Assembly: GCA_964646445.1 (NCBI GenBank)
Contig: CAZYDW010000005.1
Span: 1,150 to 65,149, forward strand
DNA from: an uncultured Bacteroides sp.
GTDB lineage: Bacteria; Bacillota; Clostridia; Oscillospirales; Acutalibacteraceae
Direction: 5' to 3'
DNA: 64,000 nt
Part shown: positions 8,892 through 16,671 of the stretch, piece after piece
How positions within the stretch are numbered: position 1 is the stretch's first letter
Layout of the letters: every line of letters starts with the position of its first letter
Made by a program: the position numbers and the translations under genes
The notes under the pieces: generated by a model
The model's database searches: none
What the model was told of the DNA's origin: nothing
What the model saw: the letters and a program-made list of their open reading frames with translations, nothing else

Positions 8892-10081
8892 TTAACTATA
8901 ATAATTTTATTAATGAGCGCATAATTAATATAAAACCAAGCGGTATAAGAAAATTCTTTTCAATAGCTGAGGAAATGGATAATGTCATTTCACTCGGTGT
9001 GGGCGAGCCTGATTTTCTTACTCCCTGGCATATAAGGCAAACAGGTATTGCCGCTCTTGAAAAGGGTACAACCCGTTACACAGCCAACGCAGGCTTAATT
9101 ACACTGCGTCGGGAAATCGCAGGATTTTACAGTAACAAATATAATGTAAGCTATAATCCGGATGACGAGGTAATGGTAACAGTCGGCGGTTCTGAGGGTA
9201 TAGATATGTGTATCCGTACTCTTGTTTCACAGGGTGATGAGGTACTTGTTGTTGAGCCGTCATTTGTCTGTTACAAGCCTATTGTTGAAATGTGCGGCGG
9301 CTCAGTCAAAATTATTGAAACAAAAAATGAAAATAATTTCCGTCTTACGGCAGAAGAGATTGAAAATGCCGTAACTGACAAAACAAAGCTTCTTATTTTA
9401 CCCTATCCGAATAATCCTACCGGTGCAGTTATGCGTAAGGATGATTTGGCATCAATCGCAAAGGTAATTAAGGACAAAAATCTTTTTGTGTTGTCAGACG
9501 AAATATACAGTGAGCTTACATACGGAGATGAGCACCATATTTCCATAGCGTCTATCAGCGGTATGAGGGAAAGATGCGTTGTGATTAACGGCTTTTCAAA
9601 AACTTATTCGATGACCGGCTGGCGCCTGGGTTATGCTTTAGGGCCTGCTCCTGTTATAAAGCAGATGGTAAAGCTTCATCAGTTTGCTATTATGTCTGCG
9701 CCTACAAATTCGCAGTATGCCGCAATCGAGGCGCTTAGAAACGGCGACAGGGATATTAAAAAAATGCTTGATGATTATGATATGAGGCGCAGATATACAG
9801 TCAATGCATTTCGTGAAATCGGACTTGACTGCTTTGAGCCGGAGGGTGCGTTTTATTTGTTCCCCTGCATTAAATCAACAGGGCTTTCATCTGAAGAATT
9901 TTGTGAAAAGCTTATTATGTCAAAGCGTGTTGCAGTTGTGCCGGGTAATGCATTCGGTGACTGCGGCGAGGGCTTTATAAGAGTATCGTATTGCTATTCT
10001 ATTGATAATATTAAAAAAGCAGTCAAACGAATAGGAGAATTTGTAAAAGAGCTTGGAGAACAGAATGGAAATAAAGGTTAA
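8888..10081 (+). CDS. class I/II PLP aminotransferase
   Basis: GEPDF, PNNPTG, SDEIY, FSKTYSMTGWRLG. Confidence 0.92.
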   Translation: MINYNNFINERIINIKPSGIRKFFSIAEEMDNVISLGVGEPDFLTPWHIRQTGIAALEKGTTRYTANAGLITLRREIAGFYSNKYNVSYNPDDEVMVTVGGSEGIDMCIRTLVSQGDEVLVVEPSFVCYKPIVEMCGGSVKIIETKNENNFRLTAEEIENAVTDKTKLLILPYPNNPTGAVMRKDDLASIAKVIKDKNLFVLSDEIYSELTYGDEHHISIASISGMRERCVVINGFSKTYSMTGWRLGYALGPAPVIKQMVKLHQFAIMSAPTNSQYAAIEALRNGDRDIKKMLDDYDMRRRYTVNAFREIGLDCFEPEGAFYLFPCIKSTGLSSEEFCEKLIMSKRVAVVPGNAFGDCGEGFIRVSYCYSIDNIKKAVKRIGEFVKELGEQNGNKG

Positions 10082-10937
10082 AGCCTACGCAAAAATTAAT
10101 TTGATGCTTGATATTGTTGCGGCAAGAACCGACGGTTATCATGACCTGTTTATGATAATGCAGAGCATCGGTCTTTATGACATCGTAACAGTTACCGAAA
10201 ACAAATCAAAGAAAATATCAATTACCTGTAATATTGATGATATTCCGCTTAACGAAAGTAATATTGCCTACAAGGCAGCCACTGCGTTTTTTAAAGCGCA
10301 AGGGCTTAAAAATAAAGGTATAAATATTGATATTGTTAAAAGAATACCTCACGCGGCAGGGCTTGCGGGCGGCAGCGCCGACGGCGCAGGAGTTCTTGTT
10401 GCTTTAAATGAGCTTTTCGGAAAAGGACTTACAGATGATGAGCTTTGCGAAATCGGAGTAAAAATAGGCGCAGATGTACCGTTTTGCATTAAAGGGGGAA
10501 CACTTCTTGCACAGGGAATCGGTGATGTTCTTAATAGAGTTAAGCCGCTTCGTAAATGCTTTATACTTATTGCAAAGCCCGACTGTGCAGTCAATACTGC
10601 TGCCGCATATAAGCAATTTGATATGTGCGGCAAAACGCATACGCCGGATAAGCTTGGTATGCTGTATGCAATGCAAAGCAGGGATTTAAAGCAAATATCA
10701 GTAAAAATGGAAAATGTTTTTGAGCAGTTTATTGATGTTCCGAATAAGGTCGATATAAAAGCCGTTATGCGTGAAAACGGTGCTGTCGGTGTCTGTATGA
10801 GCGGCAGCGGGCCTACCGTATTCGGTATTTTTGAAGACAGGCAGTCGGCAAAGAACGCTGCTGACGGGCTTAAATCATTAGCTAAAGATATATTTATTAC
10901 TTCCCCTGTTTCAATGGGCTGTAAGGTTGTGAAATAA
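10065..10937 (+). CDS. ispE: 4-(cytidine 5'-diphospho)-2-C-methyl-D-erythritol kinase
   Basis: AYAKINL, IPHAAGLAGGSADGA, GADVPFC, MSGSGPTVF; start set at ATG 10065 (GGAG SD). Confidence 0.93.
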   Translation: MEIKVKAYAKINLMLDIVAARTDGYHDLFMIMQSIGLYDIVTVTENKSKKISITCNIDDIPLNESNIAYKAATAFFKAQGLKNKGINIDIVKRIPHAAGLAGGSADGAGVLVALNELFGKGLTDDELCEIGVKIGADVPFCIKGGTLLAQGIGDVLNRVKPLRKCFILIAKPDCAVNTAAAYKQFDMCGKTHTPDKLGMLYAMQSRDLKQISVKMENVFEQFIDVPNKVDIKAVMRENGAVGVCMSGSGPTVFGIFEDRQSAKNAADGLKSLAKDIFITSPVSMGCKVVK

Positions 10938-10938
10938 A

Positions 10939-11982
10939 ATGGATTATAATAATATTAAATTTATTAATCAATTTAAAAAAACGATTTTAAACATTAACCC
11001 TCATAAGGTGCTTTTTGTGTGCAGCAATACATATGACCGATACGGCTACAGACATGCGCTTGACGAGATTAATATTAACAGCGTTTCATTCAGCGATTTT
11101 GAGCCGTGCCCTGAAATCTCGTCGGTTGATAAGGGAGTTGAAGCTTTTAAAAATGAAGCCTGTGATTTTATTATTGCAGTCGGCGGCGGCAGCGCAATTG
11201 ATGTTGCAAAGGCAATTAAGTTTTTTGCGAAAGATAATGTTAAAATACTTGCTGTTGCTACAACGGCAGGTACGGGCGCCGAGGTAACTCGATTTTCGGT
11301 TTTATATAAAAACGGCGACAAATCCTCAGTAAGCAATCCGGATATTATACCTGATTTTCAGATTTTCGATTATAACACTCTTAAATCGCTGCCTTATATT
11401 CAAAAGGCGGTAACAGGGCTTGACGCTTTTTCACACGCCGTTGAAGCGTATTGGTCCGCTGAAGCGACAGATGAAAGCTGTGAATATTCAAAAAAGGCGA
11501 TGCAGCTTTTTAAAAAATATTATAATCCTTTTATTGAAAATGATGAAAGCTCATATGAACCTATGATGAAATGCAGTGAGCTTGCAGGCAGGGCAATTAA
11601 TATTGCCCGTACGACTGCCTGTCATGCCTTCAGCTACAAGCTGCATAAGCTTAAGGGCTTTTATCACGGCCAGGCCGTTGCAATATGCCTTGTATATATT
11701 TGGCGCTATATGCTTGAAAAAACAAACGACAAAGCCTTGCTTGAAAAAATCAGCAGTATAACCCAAATATCAGGCTATACATCGGAAAGCCTTGAAGCTC
11801 TTTTGAAAAAGCTAAATTTATTTGATGAAATAATAATGACACAAGATGAGTTTAACGAAACCGTTGCAGGCGTTGACATTAAACGCCTTTCAAATCATCC
11901 TATGTCATTTAGCCGTGAAGACATAAAGAATATATACGGTTCTTTTATTAAAGTAACAGAAATTCCGACTAAGCAAAAGTGA
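10939..11982 (+). CDS. iron-containing alcohol dehydrogenase, phosphonoacetaldehyde-reductase-like
   Basis: GGGSAIDVAK, TTAGTGAEVT, DAFSHAVEAYWS, AGRAINIARTTACHA, HGQAVA. Confidence 0.75.
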   Translation: MDYNNIKFINQFKKTILNINPHKVLFVCSNTYDRYGYRHALDEININSVSFSDFEPCPEISSVDKGVEAFKNEACDFIIAVGGGSAIDVAKAIKFFAKDNVKILAVATTAGTGAEVTRFSVLYKNGDKSSVSNPDIIPDFQIFDYNTLKSLPYIQKAVTGLDAFSHAVEAYWSAEATDESCEYSKKAMQLFKKYYNPFIENDESSYEPMMKCSELAGRAINIARTTACHAFSYKLHKLKGFYHGQAVAICLVYIWRYMLEKTNDKALLEKISSITQISGYTSESLEALLKKLNLFDEIIMTQDEFNETVAGVDIKRLSNHPMSFSREDIKNIYGSFIKVTEIPTKQK

Positions 11983-12032
11983 CAGGCAGCTGTTATATAT
12001 AAAATGTAATAATATATAATATAATATATTAC

Positions 12033-12058
12033 GGGGCGGATGTTATCTGCTCCTTTTT
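12033..12058 (+). terminator. intrinsic terminator
   Basis: GGGGCGGAT/ATCTGCTCC stem followed by TTTTT. Confidence 0.7.
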
Positions 12059-12153
12059 ATTGAAATATCTGTGTTGAATTTTATTTCGTAGCTAAATAAT
12101 ATATAAAGAGATACTGAGATTAATTATTATTCTCTGTATTTTTTTTAAAAAAA

Positions 12154-12217
12154 CCTATTGACAAAGTAGGCAATATGGTGTATATTATATAAAAAAGAAA
12201 CCTACTAAACAAGTAGG
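12154..12217 (+). promoter_or_regulatory. metY-cysK sigma-A promoter with two palindromic operators
   Basis: TTGACA (12158)-17 nt-TATATT (12181); CCTATTGACAAAGTAGG at 12154-12170 and CCTACTAAACAAGTAGG at 12201-12217. Confidence 0.8.
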
Positions 12218-12232
12218 TAATGGGGGTTAAGT

Positions 12233-12295
12233 ATGATTTATACAGTTATCATCAGGCAAAAAGATGACCGAATGTACTTTCGATGTTGCATATAG
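12233..12295 (+). CDS. putative 20-aa leader peptide MIYTVIIRQKDDRMYFRCCI
   Basis: GGGGG SD 6 nt before the ATG; tandem TGT TGC codons; TAG TAA double stop; lies in the metY 5' leader. Confidence 0.55.
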   Translation: MIYTVIIRQKDDRMYFRCCI

Positions 12296-12410
12296 TAAAA
12301 ATTTTGAACGCTGTCGGTTCTTTTTGCTCCCATTAACTCGCACCGCGAGCAGCTGCAAACGAACCCCTCAAAATTTGCTGCGGCATAATTTTGAGATGTC
12401 TTAATTTACA

Positions 12411-12494
12411 TTATACGCCTTGTCCGGCTGCAGCAAGTCGTATAATAATTTTAATAAACTATTTGCAGTCGGAAAGGCTATGGAAATTATTATG
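12411..12494 (+). repeat. ~85-nt structured leader element, copy 1 (before metY)
   Basis: Near-identical to 13811-13896; a 13-position hairpin whose loop is complementary to the segment at the SD. Confidence 0.85.
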
Positions 12495-13781
12495 TCAGAT
12501 TATAAATATCATTTTGAAACACTTCAGCTCCATGTAGGTCAGGAAGAGGCGGACCCTGTAACAGATTCAAGAGCTGTACCGATTTATCAAACTACATCAT
12601 ATGTTTTTCACGATTCCGCACATGCCGCTGCACGCTTTGGTCTTACTGACGCCGGCAATATTTACGGCAGACTTACAAACTCAACTCAGGATGTTCTTGA
12701 AAAAAGAGTTGCTGCTTTGGAGGGCGGCGTTGCGGCGCTGGCACTTGCGTCAGGCGCTGCTGCTATAACCTACACAATTCAGGCATTGGCGCAGAAGGGC
12801 GATCATATTGTCGCGCAGAAAACAATTTACGGCGGCAGCTACAACCTGCTTGCACATACGCTTCCTAATTACGGTGTGGATACAACCTTTGTGGATATAC
12901 ATAATCTTGATGAGGTGACCGCGGCAATCCAACCGAATACAAAAGCAATTTTCATTGAGACCCTCGGTAATCCCAACAGTGACATTCCGGATATTGATGC
13001 TATTGCACAGATTGCTCATAAGCATAACATTCCGGTTGTTATTGATAACACCTTCGCAACACCGTATTTAATTCGTCCTATTGAACATGGTGCTGACATT
13101 GTGGTTCATTCCGCTACTAAGTTTCTCGGCGGACATGGCACGACACTTGGAGGCATAATTGTAGATTCCGGTAAATTTGACTGGAAAGCAAATGCCGACA
13201 GATACGCTCCGATTGCCAAAGCAAATCCAAGTTATCACGGCGTTTCTTTTGCAGATGCGGCAGGTCCTGCGGCATTTGTGACATATATTCGTGCTATCCT
13301 GCTTCGTGATACAGGTGCGACGATTTCTCCGTTCAACGCATTTCTTCTTTTGCAGGGCGTGGAAACATTATCACTGCGTCTTGATCGGCATGTGGAAAAT
13401 ACAAAGAAGGTCGTTGAATATTTGGCAAAGCATCCGAAGGTTGAAAAAGTCAATCACCCATCACTGCCGGAGCATCCGCAGAATGCTTTATATAACAGGT
13501 ATTTTCCAAACGGAGGGGCTTCTATCTTTACATTTGACATCAAAGGCTCTCAGGAAGAAGCATGGAAATTTATTGACGCGCTGGAAATATTTTCGCTGCT
13601 TGCAAATGTTGCCGATGTAAAAAGCCTTGTAATCCATCCGGCAACTACAACTCACAGTCAGCTATCTGCGGATGAGCTTAACGACCAGGATATTCATCAA
13701 AATACAATTAGGCTGTCCATCGGAACAGAGCACATTGATGATATAATCGCTGACCTTGAGCGTGCATTTTCACAAATATAA
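12492..13781 (+). CDS. metY: O-acetylhomoserine/O-acetylserine sulfhydrylase
   Basis: FETLQLHVGQ, IYQTTSYVF, YGRLTN, HSATKFLGGHG, ANVADVKSL; alternative start at 12480. Confidence 0.93.
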   Translation: MSDYKYHFETLQLHVGQEEADPVTDSRAVPIYQTTSYVFHDSAHAAARFGLTDAGNIYGRLTNSTQDVLEKRVAALEGGVAALALASGAAAITYTIQALAQKGDHIVAQKTIYGGSYNLLAHTLPNYGVDTTFVDIHNLDEVTAAIQPNTKAIFIETLGNPNSDIPDIDAIAQIAHKHNIPVVIDNTFATPYLIRPIEHGADIVVHSATKFLGGHGTTLGGIIVDSGKFDWKANADRYAPIAKANPSYHGVSFADAAGPAAFVTYIRAILLRDTGATISPFNAFLLLQGVETLSLRLDRHVENTKKVVEYLAKHPKVEKVNHPSLPEHPQNALYNRYFPNGGASIFTFDIKGSQEEAWKFIDALEIFSLLANVADVKSLVIHPATTTHSQLSADELNDQDIHQNTIRLSIGTEHIDDIIADLERAFSQI

Positions 13782-13810
13782 TTATTTAGTAAAATAGTGT
13801 GAAAATTCCG

Positions 13811-13896
13811 TTATACGCCTTGCCCGGCTGCAGCAAGTCGTATGGATAATTTTTAATAAACTATTTGCGGCCGGAAAGGTTATGGAAATTATTATG
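13811..13896 (+). repeat. ~85-nt structured leader element, copy 2 (before cysK)
   Basis: Differs from copy 1 by a few substitutions and small indels. Confidence 0.85.
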
Positions 13897-14823
13897 GCAT
13901 TATTTAAATCAGCACTCGACCTTGTCGGTAATACACCGCTCGTTGAGGTATCAAATTTTTCAAAGGAAAACAATCTTCAGGCTAATGTGTTTGCAAAGCT
14001 TGAATACTTAAATCCGGCAGGCTCGGTTAAAGACCGAATTGCTAAGGCAATTATTGAGGATGCAGAGAATAAGGGCTTACTTAAACCCGATTCTGTTATA
14101 ATTGAGCCGACAAGCGGAAATACAGGCATCGGTCTTTCGTTTGTTGCAGCTATCAAGGGATACAGAATAATTATTACAATGCCTGAAACCATGAGCGTTG
14201 AAAGACGCAATCTTATGAAGGCATATGGCGCCGAGCTTGTTTTGACCGAGGGTTCAAAGGGAATGAAGGGTGCCATTGAAAGGGCAGAGGAGCTTTCAAA
14301 GGAAATTCCCAATTCCATTATCGCAGGTCAGTTTGTTAATCCTGTAAATCCTCAAACACATAAAGAAACAACCGGTCCCGAAATCTGGAATGATACACAG
14401 GGTAATGTTGATATTTTTGTTGCCGGTGTAGGTACAGGCGGAACAGTCAGCGGAGTGGGTGAATATCTTAAATCTCAAAATCCCGATATAAAAGTTGTTG
14501 CTGTTGAGCCGGCAGCGTCACCTGTGCTTTCTAAGGGCGTAAGCGGTGCGCACAAAATTCAGGGTATCGGTGCAGGCTTTGTTCCCGATACACTTAATAC
14601 AAAAATATATGATGAAGTAATTGCGGTTGAAAATGACGACGCATTTAAATATGCAAAGGCTTTTGCAAGTCAGGAGGGTGTGCTTGTCGGCATTTCAAGC
14701 GGTGCAGCACTCTATGCTGCTAAGGTGCTTGCAGACAGACCTGAAAATGCAAATAAAAATATTGTTGTTGTTTTGCCGGATACAGGTGACAGATATCTTT
14801 CAACACCTCTTTTCAGCGATTGA
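13894..14823 (+). CDS. cysK: cysteine synthase A
   Basis: NPAGSVKDR, EPTSGNTGIG, GVGTGGT, HKIQGIGAG; alternative start at 13882. Confidence 0.96.
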   Translation: MALFKSALDLVGNTPLVEVSNFSKENNLQANVFAKLEYLNPAGSVKDRIAKAIIEDAENKGLLKPDSVIIEPTSGNTGIGLSFVAAIKGYRIIITMPETMSVERRNLMKAYGAELVLTEGSKGMKGAIERAEELSKEIPNSIIAGQFVNPVNPQTHKETTGPEIWNDTQGNVDIFVAGVGTGGTVSGVGEYLKSQNPDIKVVAVEPAASPVLSKGVSGAHKIQGIGAGFVPDTLNTKIYDEVIAVENDDAFKYAKAFASQEGVLVGISSGAALYAAKVLADRPENANKNIVVVLPDTGDRYLSTPLFSD

Positions 14824-14844
14824 TGCACTGAATATTATCATTAT

Positions 14845-14873
14845 GCCCCTGATGACTATATGCCGTCAGGGGC
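14845..14873 (+). other. GC-rich stem-loop after cysK, no U-tract
   Basis: GCCCCTGATG/CGTCAGGGGC 10-bp stem; followed by TTCAGTC rather than poly-T. Confidence 0.5.
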
Positions 14874-14998
14874 TTCAGTCTGCTAATAAGGCGCTCACAT
14901 AACTGCATTTAACGGTAATAAATGTAAAGAATGCAAAGGTAATAATAAATCATAAAAAAGCCAATATTTAAATGTATAATCAGCATAAATTTATTAAA

Positions 14999-15050
14999 CC
15001 TATTGACAAGGTAGGAAATAAGTGATAGTATATCCTATTAGAAAGGTAGG
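14999..15050 (+). promoter_or_regulatory. nifS operon sigma-A promoter with two palindromic operators
   Basis: TTGACA (15003)-17 nt-TAGTAT with extended TG; CCTATTGACAAGGTAGG at 14999-15015 and CCTATTAGAAAGGTAGG at 15034-15050. Confidence 0.8.
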
Positions 15051-15058
15051 TAATTAAA

Positions 15059-16234
15059 GTGACAATATATGCTGACAATGCAGCTACAACAAAATTAAGT
15101 GACAATGCGCTCAAATCAATGCTTCCTCTGTTGTCCGACGATTACGCTAATGCGTCATCGCTTCATTCGCTTGGTCAGCGTGCGAAGGAATATATTGAAA
15201 AGGCAAGGCAGGACATTGCGTTTGCAATCGGCGCTTTGCCAAGGGAAATATATTTTACATCAGGCGGCAGTGAGGCTGATAATCAGGCAATACGCTCACT
15301 TGCATATAAAGGTGCGAAAAAGGGTAAAAGGCATATTATTTCATCAAAATTTGAGCATCATGCAGTGCTTCATACTTTAAACGCACTGGAAAAGGAAGGC
15401 TTTGAGGTAACTCTTATTGATGTAAACAGTGACGGTGTAATTAAGCCTGACGATGTTGAAAAGGCAATTAATGAAAGCACCTGTCTTGTAACAATAATGA
15501 CTGCAAATAATGAAATAGGAACAATACAGCCGATTGCCGAAATAGGTGAAATTTGCAAAAAAATGAATGTTGCGTTTCATACAGATGCCGTTCAGGCAGT
15601 CGGGCACATACCGGTTAATGTTAAGGATTTAAAGGTTGATATGCTTTCTGCATCGGCTCATAAATTTCACGGTCCCAAAGGAATTGGCTTTTTGTATGTC
15701 AGGTCGGGCGTGCCTGTTCAAAGTCTTATTGAGGGCGGAGCGCAGGAAAGGGGAAAGCGTGCGGGAACCGAAAATACCGCGGCTATCGTTGGCATGGCAG
15801 CTGCACTTAATGACGCTGTAAATAAGCTTGATGAGAATAATAAATATGTTACGGCTTTAAGAGATAGGCTTATCGGCGGCTTGAAGGATATTGAAAAGTC
15901 CAGAATTAACGGCAGCCTTGAGTTCCATTTACCCGGTACTCTCAATATGTGCTTTGAGGGGATTGAGGGGGAGAGCCTGTTACTGCTTCTTGACACATAC
16001 GGCATTTGTGCATCAAGCGGCTCTGCCTGCACAAGCGGAAGTCTTGAGCCGTCTCATGTGCTTTTGTCAATAGGTGTGCCGGTTGAAATTGCGCACGGCT
16101 CGCTTCGTTTATCATTAAGTGAATATAATACCGAGCAGGAGATTGATTATATAGTTGAAAAGGTAATCAGTGTTGTTGATTATCTTCGCTCAATCTCTCC
16201 TGTATGGGAAAAAATCAAGTCGGAGGAAAAATAA
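15059..16234 (+). CDS. nifS: cysteine desulfurase NifS/IscS
   Basis: YADNAATT, FTSGGSEADN, HTDAVQ, SAHKFHGPKG, SSGSACTS. Confidence 0.95.
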   Translation: MTIYADNAATTKLSDNALKSMLPLLSDDYANASSLHSLGQRAKEYIEKARQDIAFAIGALPREIYFTSGGSEADNQAIRSLAYKGAKKGKRHIISSKFEHHAVLHTLNALEKEGFEVTLIDVNSDGVIKPDDVEKAINESTCLVTIMTANNEIGTIQPIAEIGEICKKMNVAFHTDAVQAVGHIPVNVKDLKVDMLSASAHKFHGPKGIGFLYVRSGVPVQSLIEGGAQERGKRAGTENTAAIVGMAAALNDAVNKLDENNKYVTALRDRLIGGLKDIEKSRINGSLEFHLPGTLNMCFEGIEGESLLLLLDTYGICASSGSACTSGSLEPSHVLLSIGVPVEIAHGSLRLSLSEYNTEQEIDYIVEKVISVVDYLRSISPVWEKIKSEEK

Positions 16235-16236
16235 TT

Positions 16237-16671
16237 ATGGCTTTATATTCAGAAAAAGTTATGGACCACTTTACAAATCCGAGAAATGTTGGTAAAATTG
16301 ATAATGCAGACGGAATCGGTGAGGTCGGCAATGCCAGATGCGGTGATATTATGAAAATGTATATCAAAGTGTCAGATGATGGTATTATTGAAGATGTCAA
16401 GTTTAATACATTCGGCTGTGCATCTGCCATAGCATCAAGCTCAATGGCTACTGAAATGATTAAAGGTCAGCCTATTGAAAAGGCGCTTGAGCTTACAAAC
16501 AAGGCAGTTGTAGAGGCGCTTGACGGTTTGCCGCCTATAAAAATTCACTGTTCCGTTCTTGCAGAAGAAGCTGTCAAAATGGCAGTTAAGGATTATTACG
16601 ATAAAAACGGCATAGCCTATAACCCTGATGATTTTTGTGAGGGTAACTGCGAATGCTGTGGGGAGCACTAA
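16237..16671 (+). CDS. nifU: Fe-S scaffold NifU/IscU
   Basis: YSEKVMDHFTNPRN, CGD, FGCASAIASSS, KIHCSVLA; start set at ATG 16237 (GGAGG SD). Confidence 0.95.
   Translation: MALYSEKVMDHFTNPRNVGKIDNADGIGEVGNARCGDIMKMYIKVSDDGIIEDVKFNTFGCASAIASSSMATEMIKGQPIEKALELTNKAVVEALDGLPPIKIHCSVLAEEAVKMAVKDYYDKNGIAYNPDDFCEGNCECCGEH

Noticed and set aside
11995-12032. TATAAT-rich low-complexity tract
   Set aside because: Simple AT-rich spacer before a terminator; no -35 partner or regular period.
12411-12445. Leader hairpin as an integron attC site
   Set aside because: No RYYYAAC/GTTRRRY cores and no integrase; G-U-tolerant variation favours an RNA-level structure.
12190-12490. S-box (SAM-I) or Cys/Met T-box expected upstream of metY-cysK
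   Set aside because: No AUC..GAG/GAGGGA/GCAACC core and no T-box GGTGGNACC seen by eye; a covariance-model scan is still needed.
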